NCBI GenBank assembly: GCA_001949185.1
Contig: BDGG01000003.1
Location: 783,577 to 847,576 of the forward strand
Direction: 5' to 3'
Origin: Ramazzottius varieornatus
Taxonomy: Eukaryota > Animalia > Tardigrada
DNA: 64,000 nucleotides
Position numbers and translations under genes: made by a program. The notes beneath the pieces were generated by a model that saw only the letters and a list, made by a program, of their open reading frames with translations, was not told where the DNA came from and searched no databases. Of the stretch, positions 51,281 to 63,453 are shown in pieces (within the stretch, counting starts at the first letter, position 1; each line of letters opens with the position of its first letter).

Positions 51281-52647
51281 CTACTTTGTTATCTTGACGT
51301 TGATGTTGAAAACAAGTCCGTCAAATTTCTTTCCCGGATAGTGCTGAATCACTCTGCCGTTCAGGGGTTGTAATGGTCGATAGTTATCACCTTCTCCCGC
51401 CACATCATCGGTTTCCCGTAATTTCCGGAAGGCGGCCAGTTGACGTTCTGTAATCTTCTGAGGGCGGTCCATCACGCTCCACTCGACTGCTTCGGCACAC
51501 GGTGGCGTGGTCAGCGATCCCAGGTAGCGGTAGTAGGCAGACGATGGTGGCAGCAACTCCGCCAGTGTCAAATGAGGTAGCGTAACGTTGACAGGCTTAC
51601 CTACAGGGCAACAGCATATAAAACTGAAACGAGCAGGCTAACTTTTCCAGAAAAAAAGTCTACTCACCCGGGTCGACGACTTGGCTCAGAGTATTGACTG
51701 TTGAATACATATGCTTATGCGCTTGATCCTTCTCGCTGGTCAGCTCAAACAGAATGCCCACCACGGCCATGCCGGTGGACTCCGCTTGTGCTTGCGCGTC
51801 GTTCTTATCCAGCTTTCGGTGTACGATGTGAAGCTGTGCAAAGACTTTCGTTCGTCACTGTATAAGGCTGATTCGAAGCACGATATATTTTTTTGTTTTG
51901 AAACGTTGAACGTACCTCCAGAGGATATCTTTTGCCGTTAATGACGTGTTCGGAGCCACGCGAATCAGTGTTGCCCCAGTGGCAGGGGAACTGAGCAAAG
52001 GTGTAGGCAGAAGGAAGCCCGCCTTTTCGGACAAATGGCAAGTGATTGGGATCAAAAAGCCCACTGAATTGTACTGCAGACCAAAGTAACTCTTCTTAAC
52101 CGTACAATATCATACAGCAGCATCTGTGCCGCTTGAAGTCTAAACTGGTGCAAGGGCATCTACTCTTTGGACTTTTGCCTGCTCTGCACTGTACCGAGAC
52201 ACTGTAGGGTTTCAAAGTAACCTACCTGAATGTCCGTTGTTGATTACGGTCCACCTGTTATCCTTTGGGTGAGCTGCGTGCGATTGAAACTGGAGCGGTC
52301 CCAGCTGTGGAGAATGCCCGACCTGCGCGGTGTCAATCGCTATGGGCGACTGGCGAGCTCCTTTACATGCTGGAAAGTCTCTTTCCCATTCTTGTGGTGG
52401 ATACTCTAAAATGCCCAAAACACCGGCATGATACTAACGAGCAGAACACGTTGATGTCACAAACTGCTCTTACTGTAAATAGCGGAGGGCTGACGCCATC
52501 TTACCATCGGTATTCTGTTCGTAACCCCGATGGCCGTGACGACCAGAACTGTTCGTAGGAGCAACGACCCTAGAAATTCCGTGGTGTCTAACTACATATC
52601 CGTAAGGTGATCGTCCAATACAAAGCATACTCAAAATTCACAGAGCG
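51281..52647 (-). CDS. alpha-carbonic anhydrase paralog 1, His94 replaced (acatalytic or incipient pseudogene)
   Basis: Motifs W..DFPACKGARQSPI, NNGHS, QFPCHWG..GSEH, E|LHIVH, YYRYLGSLTTPPCAEAVEW and DNYRPLQPLNGR. The presumed first exon appears to contain a TGA, so the 5' end is uncertain. Confidence 0.75.
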
Positions 52648-53080
52648 TGTTGAGGTACTCCAGTCATATTGATAGTTAAGAGGTTGTTTCAGTGCGACCG
52701 TAGCGAATGTATTTCAGCATATAGTATTCAAATTTAAATCTCCTATGAGAAGGGTTTTAGACCTGTCTTAGAAATATTACTACAGAGCTGTCGTACAGAA
52801 GTCGGCTTGACCGCTGCGATGAGACGACTATCACAAATGTTTACTACGTAGAGTTGCTAAGTTTACTATTGGTCGCTCTTGAAGGAATAGCCGCGAATTG
52901 ACGTTAGTCTGAACGATCTAGTGATCCTAATCGACTACATTCCCCAAAAGTTACTGTAGTAATGTGGGTGAGCTCTGACGATGAGCGCACGTGAAACCAA
53001 AACATACTGAACAACGAACTCTCTCAACCGCTATGAGACTTGAAACGTTAAAAATTAATTTCGAAAACACAACAGTTACA

Positions 53081-56000
53081 TCACAGTAAGACCAAAGAGA
53101 AGGTTTCACCACATAAAAACAAAACCAGAAGCAAAGTTTTTTGGGCCCTCATCCGTTCGTAACCGGACTTCGGCTGAACAGGGACCGAGTAGTATTGAAC
53201 TTTTCTTCCGTTCAAAGGCTGTAAAGGTCGAAAGTTATCGCCGATATCTATTTCAGGAACTACAGCCTCTTTTTCCCGCAGTGTGTGAAAAAACTGCATC
53301 TGCTCTTCGGTGATCAACTGGGTCGTATCCAAGACTGTCCATTCCACGGCTTCGGCACAAGGTGGCGTCGTCAGCGAACCCAAGTACCGGTAGAAACCAC
53401 CGGCTGGCGGCAGCAGCTCTTCCAAAGTCAGCTGTTCTAGTGTGACATTGGCCGGTTTATCTGCATGATCAAAACCGTAAAGCCCTTGTCGACTACTGAA
53501 AACTTTAGTACCGTTTACTTGTATGAAGAGTAAGGTCTACGTTGCTCAGCCTGCAACTTGGCCGTCATACGTCATGTTCACGTCACAAAGCATAAGAGAC
53601 CTTCGCAGGGCTGGTGAGTGGTGACGTAGAGTGCAAAGTTGTGCGCTGAGCAAAGTAAAACTTTGCTCCTCGTACTAACTTGGAGACGTCACTTTACTGA
53701 TGGCCTGGATTACTGGCGCGATGTGCTTGTGAGCGTTGAATTGTTCAGTGGTAATATCGAATAGAATAGCGATGACAGCCAACCCGGTGGAATCGTTCTG
53801 AGCTTGAGCATCGCTTTCACCAACCTTTCGGTGCACCAGATGTAGCTGTAACGAAAAGCCGAGTTCAATTTCAGAAAGATGTTATCCAGCAGGATATGCA
53901 AGACCGTTTTGAACAAGCGGCGGGGAAGCGGGGTATGTTTTCTATATATCTCTTGCTGCTTGCACAATGTCGACAGTGCTTCGCGATGTATGGTGTTGAT
54001 TGATTGATGTACCACTGCTGCGTGGCCGTACTGTACCGAGATACCGTTCGAGGATAACAACTGAAGTTTTTTCTAACTCTGACGTGAGTATCAACTAACC
54101 AAAAATTTAACTTCCGAAAGAGCTTCGAAGACTGGTTATGGCGCTGGTGCGATAACAACTCGGTGCAGTTGGCTCCACCCACCCCTTTGAGGGTAAAGGG
54201 AGGGCCACAAGTGCGGCCCTCCCTTTATCCTCAAAATCATACTTATCACGACACTGCGCATGCGCAGTCGCTCACAGAAAATTGCACAGGACCGCGCACG
54301 AACATCGCGACAGGCGCTGCGCATCTATGACAATGAACTTGAGCTTCGAAAAGCATTGTGCAAGCGTCAGGGCCACAAAAATACGTCGAAAACCACAAAC
54401 AAAATGCCGTGACATATCACTGTTCTGCACCTATGAGAAATACGAGCAAGCGATATTTACATCAGTTAGCCACATGGCTTGTTGATATAAAAGTCAGTTA
54501 ATGCATTCACGCAGTCACATAACAGGCCCCTAAAGTAATCCCGGGGTTATGATGGTCCAGAGCCGTGCACAGGGTATCAGTAGTGCTGGGATACATACGA
54601 TAAAATACGATATACTATTTCCTGATAAATATCTTTCAATATTTATATTTCGTTTTAGATATCAACCACGTATCGATATTTCGATATGATACGTTTCTGA
54701 TATCTTATTTTTGATATATCGAATTTTATTGCAGTAATATATCGATATATCAAGCCAGTAACATGTTAAAAACTATCAAAATCAAGAAAGAGCCAGAGAG
54801 AAACCAAACGGCTGTCGTTCACTACGTTCGAGTCAGAACAAAAGTCAAATCTCTTCGTGAATGCGAGTGTGTTCGTTGCTCAATCTATCAAGGTCTGTCG
54901 TTACGCACCTAGTTACGCTGACTGTTCACTTCTCCGAAGTCAGCTTGGATGCATGTGTGCGATACATTACGGGCGAGGCTGCGCTGCCTGCGCGGTACCG
55001 AACCGGAGTATTGACTTCCGAAGTTCCGATTCTCAGGTGCGGGTTTGCGATTTATCGATACATCTCTGATATATCGATATACCGCGATATGATATTTTCA
55101 TTTATCATATTCCGCTCAGCGATATTCCGTCCATATCGATATTTCGATATGATATTTTTGTCATATCGAATCACTGTGATGTGATGTATTTCGATAAGGT
55201 ACGATATATCATATTTATCCCAGCACTAGGTATCAGGCAATATGTGGGCAGGATTAGGGCCCTCTGCTGGCATTGGAGGTCCTGTCAAGTCCTAACAATC
55301 AAATTGCCCGCTGATTGGATGCCACAAGACCACCATGCACGAGCAGATGGCGCTAACTCAAGAAAGAAAGACCAGGTCAAGAAAAGACGCTGGACGACGA
55401 GTTCACGGAGTGGGAACGACTCCGTCAGCTGTATTTCCCCAGGTCGTTTTAAGATCCAGGTGCGCATCCGCTCTGTTTTCGGTCGCACTCAGTCCAGTCC
55501 GTTGTCGATCGCGACGCGATCCGCATCGCTTTCAATCCGTTTCTTTTTCTTTGATTCTGCATGGTTTTTTCCGTCGAGACACGTTCGGACAAGTCCGCAA
55601 AAGTTTTGGCCAGGCCGGTAGCCTGTCGGCCAGCCATCGAATTTAGCTAAAGGTCTCTGACATGACTCATTGAGCCTCACTCTTGTTGCGGTGGGTTCAT
55701 TCGGTACTTTCTTTTACAACCGTTTACTCGAGAACGAACCGCGCATGTGGATCTCGAAAACGGTTAGCTGGATCGATGGAACGTTGCCTACAAACCCATG
55801 CTATCGAAATGGCCGAACAAGCTCAACTAAGATTTCAGGGAGATTTCAGTTTTGTCTGTTCGGCCACTTGCTACCATGGCGCGTTTAGAGACGCAATGCA
55901 TCATCAGTAGGCTCCGCCCTCTCCGAAAATTCGCAGTATCACCAGCGCAAGCTCTAGCCAGTCTGGTGACGCGTTGTTCGGTCTCTGGTGGAAAGTCGTT

Positions 56001-56930
56001 CGGGACGTGAGCCGGATCCGGTGCAATGCCCGTTGGTTCATGGGAATTCTGCCCACTACCCCCCTAATACTCTCTGCGCGGCTCTGCTCATGTTTGTAGT
56101 CGAACTATATTATCAGTAGGTACTCTACGTAGCATCGGTAGTGGCGGTATTGTTGACATTATGCTAAACAGAGTGGTGGAGCGCTTGAACATTCATACCT
56201 CCAGAGGATACAGCCTGTTGTTGATAATATGTTCAGAGCCACGTCCCAGCGAGTTTCCCCAGTGAAGATGAAACTGAGTGAAGACGTAGTCCGCCGATAG
56301 ACCGCCTTTGCCAACAGTCGGTTGCTGTTTCTGATCGAAAACTCCGCTAAACTGAACTGCAGACAATGCGATCCGTGTAAAGACTAGGAACCTCTCTGTG
56401 CTGGTATTTCACCTGTACCTGTATGGCCGTTGTTGACTACGGTCCATGTTTTGTCGTTAGGTTCTGAGCCATATGCTTGGAATTGCAGTGGCCCCATCTG
56501 AGGCGCTTCCTTCGCCTCAGCTCTGCTGAGGGCAATAGGTGACTGGCGCACGCCTTTGCACGCCGGGTAGTCGTTCCCCCAGTCCTGCGGCGGACTCTCT
56601 AGAAGATGCATGAATTCCTGAGTGGGATCTACTCATTTGATGTGGCCAAGTGTGCGTTACGCGGCTGCTGCTGCAAGGTCGGAAATGCTTCCCTACCCTT
56701 GGCCACGAGGCCTTATAGCATTGTTCGGTCGGTCGTCGGGTAATGTCACCACGGGTGGGGGACCATTATTGACAGGCATCACTGTAAGCTAGCTCTTATT
56801 CGTACCATCAGTATGATGTTGATATCCCCAATGGCGGGAGGGCTGCTGATGAGCGACTACCGTGCCACGAACTATCCGAACCCCGACCAAGGGAACCAAT
56901 AAGTAAAATAACCCAACATCCAAGCGCCAT
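53081..56930 (-). CDS. alpha-carbonic anhydrase paralog 2, signal peptide plus hydrophobic C-tail (CA IV-like, probably GPI-anchored)
   Basis: Motifs MALGCWVILLIG, DYPACKGVRQSPI, NNGHT, QFHLHWG..GSEH, E|LHLVH, FYRYLGSLTTPPCAEAVEW, DNFRPLQPLNGR, and tail KTLLLVLFLCGETFSLVLL. A ~2.3 kb intron lies at ~53849-56198. The 5' exons are not fully resolved. Confidence 0.85.
54581..55228. mobile_element. non-autonomous hAT element with 8-bp TSD
   Basis: TIRs tagtgctgggatacatacgata / tatcatatttatcccagcacta. Perfect TSD ggtatcag at 54573-54580 and 55229-55236. Dense cgatat subterminal repeats at both ends. Confidence 0.9.
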
Positions 56931-57136
56931 GATGTTCTGAAGTGGTACATCCAAGGATACATCCAGTACGGGTCGGTGTATTACAGTATACCCCATCCAG
57001 ATTATAGTACTACAGATTCAAAGCCTTGCAGATTCGTGGTGTAGAACCAAACTATTGCAGCAACCATATTCAGACTCTTGAATGGGAATGTTTAATGGCG
57101 AACCTTTTCTTCGAATTACTTTCCAGTTGATTGCTG

Positions 57137-57182
57137 GGCGACCATGGATCGTACAGCTAGGCGATCATGGATCGTACAGCTA
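57137..57182. repeat. 23-bp tandem duplication
   Basis: ggcgaccatggatcgtacagcta followed by ggcgatcatggatcgtacagcta. Confidence 0.85.
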
Positions 57183-57869
57183 AGGGACCCAAATCACCTC
57201 AGCAGAGCAGAGTAGAATACACTACTTTTACCAGGATCGCATAGTCCAGATCCAAGCTTAAGTACGAATACCGCACATGTGTCTCCGCGTGATGAAGGTG
57301 TGTCAGCCAAGCAGGCAGGCGTGCACGGTCGGCTCTACAGTATTTAGACAGGGCCAGTGGCCCTGCATGTCTATAGCAAGCAACTCGTACGTATACACTC
57401 CCATAGTCGGCCTACAATCATTCAACATCACACCATTATTCTTTCCCACAGTCCAACCACCGATCGTGAAACAAAACACAAAACCAGACCGTAACACGTG
57501 TTGATGCGTTAATCAACAGACATTTACTTATTTATTTGAAAATGCTGTCCGTCCGACCCGCTAAACGAAACAAGAACAAAAACTGAACTGCAGATTAGTT
57601 GAAATGGCGACCAGACATTTGCTCCTGAACTTGCGAACGCTGTCCGTCCCATCGGCCAAAACCGAACAAAAACCAGAACGAAAACGTGGCAAAAATCGAG
57701 CTTTCGCGGTAGCAGAAAATACTGAATTCAAGATTCAGGATAAAACGTAGTTCGTCCGCACCAAAAGCTTCCACGAGCACTAGACACATATGTACTTCGC
57801 GCTATCATTGAATTCCCTCATCAACGACCAGCACAGGAAATCGAATTCTTGGTAAGTTCGATCGTTCAC

Positions 57870-58720
57870 CCCACAGCTGGTCCGAACTAACAGAATAGGA
57901 ATGCCAACTCTTGACACAACCAAAACGTGGTGTTCTTACTGGTATCGGGCAATTATCGATGGTGGATGAACAAAATCAGGCGAGATAACTAGTGAGTAAG
58001 CATACATCCAACACTGATGCAGCCGTTCGCAAAGTTCATCCGGACGAGCAGCTGACCCAAGCCATATACTTGGTGTTCTCACTGGTATCCGACGACTAAT
58101 GACCAGTGACCACAGCTGTACAACAACAGAAGACGCTATCTAGTGCTCTTGGTACTTTGTCCGAATAGATGGCCAACAGACTCAAAAAACCCAGTGTCTG
58201 TTGATCGCAAATTTCGTCCGGACAATCGGCTGCCAGACACCTAAAACTTGGTGTTGTCACAGGTATCGGACATCGACTCACCATGGTTGTACAACGACGA
58301 CGGGATGTGAAATCAAGACATCTTACCCTTGACAGCTGATTGCACAGTTCGTCCGAATGAACAGCTGACAGAAACAAGAAATTTTGGTGTCGTCTTTCGT
58401 GTCGACCAGACACTGACGAGGCTGCGTGGGTAGACGGGATATGTTGCTGGCACCAGACATCGATCCTGGATGTAGCCGATCGCGCTTCCGTCCGGGCGAA
58501 CAGCTGCAGAGAACCGAAAACTTGGTGATGTCTCTGGTGTCGGACGTCCGGATGAACAGCTGACAGACAGCAAGAATTTGGCATCGGGAAATCACCATTG
58601 TCGGTAGTACAACAACAAGCGGGATAAATAGCCAGCGCCTGACATCCATCCTCGATGAAGCCGACCGCGCTGTTTGTTCGAATGAACAGCTGCCAAACAC
58701 CTAAAACTGGACGTGGTGCA
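57870..58720. repeat. degenerate tandem array
   Basis: At least 6 recurrences of the core ttcgtccg(a/g)a(t/c)gaacagctg(a/c)caga...aaaacttggtgtt at irregular spacing. Confidence 0.7.
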
Positions 58721-60279
58721 AGTGTTGGTCGTCACTTTGCCGCCTCTTGCCAGGGTCTCGTTTTTGACTTCTTTCGTGTTTGGTTTGGGTTGATGATGGG
58801 TTGGTGCGGCAATGACGGCGTTCCGGTTGACGATGTCCTCGACGATCTGGATTTGGTTCATTTCACGTTTTGTTTGTTTTGGCTATGGCAGGTGGGGTGA
58901 TCGTGGTGTCTGTGTCTGTCATTTCCGTGTCGCCTCTTGCCAGAGTATCCTTTTTCGTTTTGCTTTATGCTCTGTCAGTCTTTTTTCTTTCGTTTGGTTC
59001 GCTTAGGCCCATATTGCATCTGAAAACTGCATGCGTATTCGATGCAGAGGTCCTGCGTGATGTTCTGGTTTTGGTTTATGTTGTAGGTTGCGTCGGGCGA
59101 CGTCGTTCTTCAGTTCAGTCAATCTTGTATAATCTTGTGCCTTCTCTCTACGCTCCTCCCCAAAAGAGACGCGCTCGTGGATTCATTCCGGTGTTACGGC
59201 TAAAAAGGCCTTCACCGTGACTCCACATGTCGAGCTTGCATCAGCTTTTTTGCCCGCGATGACTATCCGTAGTAGTAGGACATGGTATTTCGGCCTTCGG
59301 ATTTTCACAAGACGTCGATTACGCCGAGCTTCCGAGGAATTGATAAGCCGATTAGAAGGATAAATGTCACTGTGTTCCTTTCAAGGTTCTGCGCAATCAC
59401 GTGACAGCGTACACACCATTAAGTCGTCGACCGTCCATATGTATAAGCCGCACCAAGAATTGTAGCGAATCGTAGTTCCTTCGGGCGACACCGACTCTGA
59501 TATTCACTGGCGAACGCCGACAATGAACCATCCAGCGACAGATACTCCAAATACAGTCACGATCATATTTCAACGTCAGCCCATGGTAGGTGTGAGCCCA
59601 ACTCTACTATGTCGTTCCGCTGACCGAACGAGTGCCAGCTCTATCGCTGTCGTCTGCTAACTAAATAAAGTTAACCAGGTTAGCAAAACGCGTCGCAGAC
59701 AGGTGTAAGATCAATTACCGACTGAGGCCCGACTCTATCCCAGCTCGGTTGCCGGCGTGGCGATCGTCATGCTTTGAAGAAGAGAATTTCTGCGTGATAT
59801 TTGCATGTTGTTTCTGTATTGCTGCCTCCTCATTTTTCGAGTGTAGACTATCATCAGTATCTTTAATAACGATTTCTGGCCGGAAATTGAAGCATGATCG
59901 GGATACCTGGTAGTGTAATCACGTTTTTTGACTCGCCATGGTTTCTTCATAGCGTGAGAGTGGGGCTGTTGCTTGTCGATATTATGTGTGTAGATTGGGA
60001 AAGTAATTGTCAAATTCCGCCTCGGCAGATCCGTTTCGAAGAGAGCGAAATACAGCCCTCGAAAACAATCAGTTCGGTTTCAAAACTCCGTGACGGTGCA
60101 TCGCAATGGGACGTGCGGACTGTTTCTAGAAGAATACCCTTGCTGACTTCGGGTTGGACTTGGCAAAGCACTTGGACAATGTGAATATATCAATTTTGGT
60201 TCAAAAACATATAAATCTTCACGTATACAAGTGGTCAACGGTCGCTCTATCGTGATCAAGGTTACATACCTACAACAGA

Positions 60280-63200
60280 CTAGACGAACATTATCAAGGT
60301 TACAAAAAAGGCAAGGATAAAAGGCAGTGTGGCTTGTGAAATGCAGTTAGTGGCAGAGGATGTCTTGGGACTGTAGTGCATGTTGATGAGGTCTTTGGCA
60401 TCTTGTGTGAAGCAGGCTTCGTAGTTGCCGGTGGGCGTGGTCCACGCACCATTTGCACCACAAGTTCGGCTGACAGTTCCTGCGAGATTAAGAACGTTCG
60501 ACGTGGTACACGGGCCTGGCCTAAATGTNNNNNNNNNNNNNNNNNNNNNNNNNNNNNNNNNNNNNNNNNNNNNNNNNNAGGCCAGGCACATGTACCGAAA
60601 GACCTCCACCATCCACGTAGACTTACTTGTGGTATCCAGGCACATGTGTGGAGGACACGGTTGTGCGGTGGTTTTGTCCTTGGGCGTGGTCGGCCAGCAG
60701 ATCTTCCCATCCGTTCCGCCCCGACACGATCCAGCTGCGGAGAAGAAACTTGTCAGTCATCTCGACTGAACGAAAAGCTAGTTCGAATCGCCTTTACCTT
60801 CGCCTTCCCATTGAGCAATCTCTTTCAAGAAGGTTTCGCAACCTGCGGGAGTGCTCTGCTGCCACGGTTGTTTCGGTGTGTCCCGTCCTGCACCATTGGC
60901 GATCTGAGCCATGGTGGATCCGGCGCTGGAGTCTGTGGTCACTTCGGTAGTAGCCATCAACGTGGTTTCCCGGAGGTTGAGTACAACACCCGAGCCAGCC
61001 AGACCGGCGATGTGGATGTCGTTGCTAGGCTGGCTGGGTGTGACCACGGCCACTTGCAGGAGCCCACAAGCCGAGAGGTCGGTGTGACCGACGAGGTGCG
61101 TAGCGCCATCGGCAGCCGTCGTGTTCCATTCACCGCTGATGCTACATTGACGTGTGGCTGCGGGAACGTGCTGGCTGTCTTCACCGGGTACCAGTGCACG
61201 GCATGGCTGGCGCGCAACATAACCTGGGGGAGAAGCCGGCCAGCAGAAACGGCCGTCGGATGTACCGGGACACCCTGCACCTGAAAAACAGAGGGACCTT
61301 CAAGCTTCGTTAAAACATGCCAGCACAAGTGTGTCTCCCTTTTTCTGATTTAACTATCATCTCAGGTGACGACATGGCTTCGTTGATGTCGGGGTGTGCC
61401 AGTCAAAATGTCGATAGTGTGCGTCCTGTTAGCCCAGCTTTCAACTGTGATCCGCCTCTAATCTGTTAGTTGTTGCCATTTAGAGCTACTTTTCTACGGA
61501 ACATTGACGTACCGTCTCGAGTGTTGTCCAAGTTGTGGCTGTGCAAAAAGTCTCGGCACTGTGTGCCATCAGCAATTAGCCATGGTCGAGGAGGAATATC
61601 TTTCCCAATCACATTCCAGTCCTGGTTTTCACCGTTTGACGAAACAACCGTGGTTGTTACCATGTCATCGCCGTTACCGTTACCATTACCGGTGTACGCC
61701 GGTTGGCTGGGCGCCGTAACGTACGAATACAATAGTGTACTCTGCTCAGGGTAAGCGACAGCTGGACCTGGTGTAGCATACATGACACCTGGGTAGCTGA
61801 TGTAATTTGGGACGTTGCCACCGGTGGACTGATAGTCCGAATGTCCATGTTTCTCGATGAACTGTGGCAACTGGTAGCAGTCGTCGTAGCTACTCTGGCG
61901 AATATCATTGTGTTGCAGGCGTTGATTGGCGAATGGGTAATCTCGCCATTGTCCGTTGACGCATTCCCTCTTGACGTAAACTGGCAAAGAGAACATTCAA
62001 TTATTTTTTAGTGGTTGATTGGATGAGCAATTATTTTCAGCGACAGTGACAGTTACATCACAGGCCACAAATGTTTTACCATGTTGCGGAAAATATCATG
62101 TAATCATTACGTTGGAAGTAGACTAGCTTACAGAAGGAAAATGAGTGAACCACGACGTACTTTGACTTTGACGAGGAACATCGGGACAGACTTGGAGGAT
62201 GGTTTCTCCAGGGTCCGCTGAACGCCAGCACAAGATTCCGTCGAAGACAGGCGGGCATGACAGCGCTGAAAATAGAACCGTACAGTCAGATACAGTACCA
62301 CCTCCCAGCTGAAATTCCACACAGCCAGAAACCGTATCGTTCGTTGAGCGAAATGAGAACCACATTTCAGGCAAACGTTTGACACTTCCAGGTTTTCCCC
62401 CGCTGTTCTGTACACCAGCGGAGCTTCGCACCTTTGTTTCAAGAAGATATCGTGGTAAACTTTTGGCAGTTCAATATCGAACTTCACCTTTTCGTTACAC
62501 GAATAGCGAGTTCGGCACACAGACTAGGCAAAATCGTTCCCCTAAGTGACGCACGCTTCCAACCAATAACACAGAATAGGTGCGCCATTTGGGAAAACAC
62601 TCTTGTTACGTTTATTTGCGGTTTCCTCAATCCATGAAGCCAGAAAAGCTTGAATCAAGAAATCAATTACCATAGAACAGCCCCAGTTTCGTATGTTTCT
62701 TTGCATGCGTTCTTGTTGAAAACCCCCGCAAACGTCCGTGACATCGTAGTCATGAACAGTTATTTGGAAGAACTATCTCGACTTACGGTGGTCACTGTGT
62801 TCGTTCCGTCCTTTGCCCTTCAAGCGTCTCAAGAAATTCAAACACCTTTCCTCCGAAGTAAATTTGAACGTAGCCTGGACAGAAGTCTTGGTAGGGATAT
62901 CCTCGTAGCCCTGATTATACTGTGGCGGAGGTTGTTCATAAGGATCTTGACCCGGTGCGGCGTACACTGGTTGAGTGTACTGCACCGGATACTCGGCTTG
63001 ACGGCGGGCTTCCTCTTCCTCGTACTGTCTTTTCCGCTCCTCATGTTGCCTCACAGCTTCCTCATAGGCTCGACGAAGATCATCGTCGCTCTCCGCTTGT
63101 CTTTCACCCTCATGGTCTCCTTGGTGCTGATCATGTTCGGAAGCCGTTTGATTGCGGTACAGAGCGCGGCGGTGTTCTTCATCGTCAGTGCTCTCATGGG

Positions 63201-63453
63201 CTTCGTCTTCGGTGTGAGGTTCGTCGGTCGTGTCGGGTTCGTCAGTGGTCTCCGACTCTACTGTTTCGTGGTCCGTGTCGGTCGAGTTGTTGCTGTCGGT
63301 CAAATTGTCGAGAGAGTCAACGGGGACTTCGGTGAAATCAGTCAGTTCGGTGGTATTCACCGCTTTGTCGGGGTCGTTACTGAGGGTGGCGTTAGCCTCG
63401 TCGGTGTCGTTCGTTGATATATCCGTAACATTCAACAAATCTGAAGGCTGCTC
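60280..63453 (-). CDS. 5'-partial protein with three class-B (secretin-family) GPCR hormone-binding HRM domains, no 7TM, hydrophobic C-terminal tail
   Basis: Phase-consistent exons 63453-62787, 62265-62161, 61980-61513, 61280-60798, 60734-60627 and 60479-60280. They encode three repeats of C..C-x3-xDG-xx-CW..C..R-x-C-x2/3-G-x-W..C and end in LPFILAFFVTLIMFV-stop. Confidence 0.8.
60529..60578. other. assembly gap (50 N)
   Basis: Run of N inside the predicted last intron of the HRM gene. Confidence 0.99.

Noticed and set aside
57870-58720. CRISPR-like repeat/spacer appearance
   Set aside because: The repeats are degenerate and irregularly spaced, the context is eukaryotic, and there are no cas genes.
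60376-61284. 302-aa plus-strand ORF, and likewise 62650-63417 (+)
   Set aside because: Both are antisense shadows of the HRM gene exons, and the first runs through the N gap.
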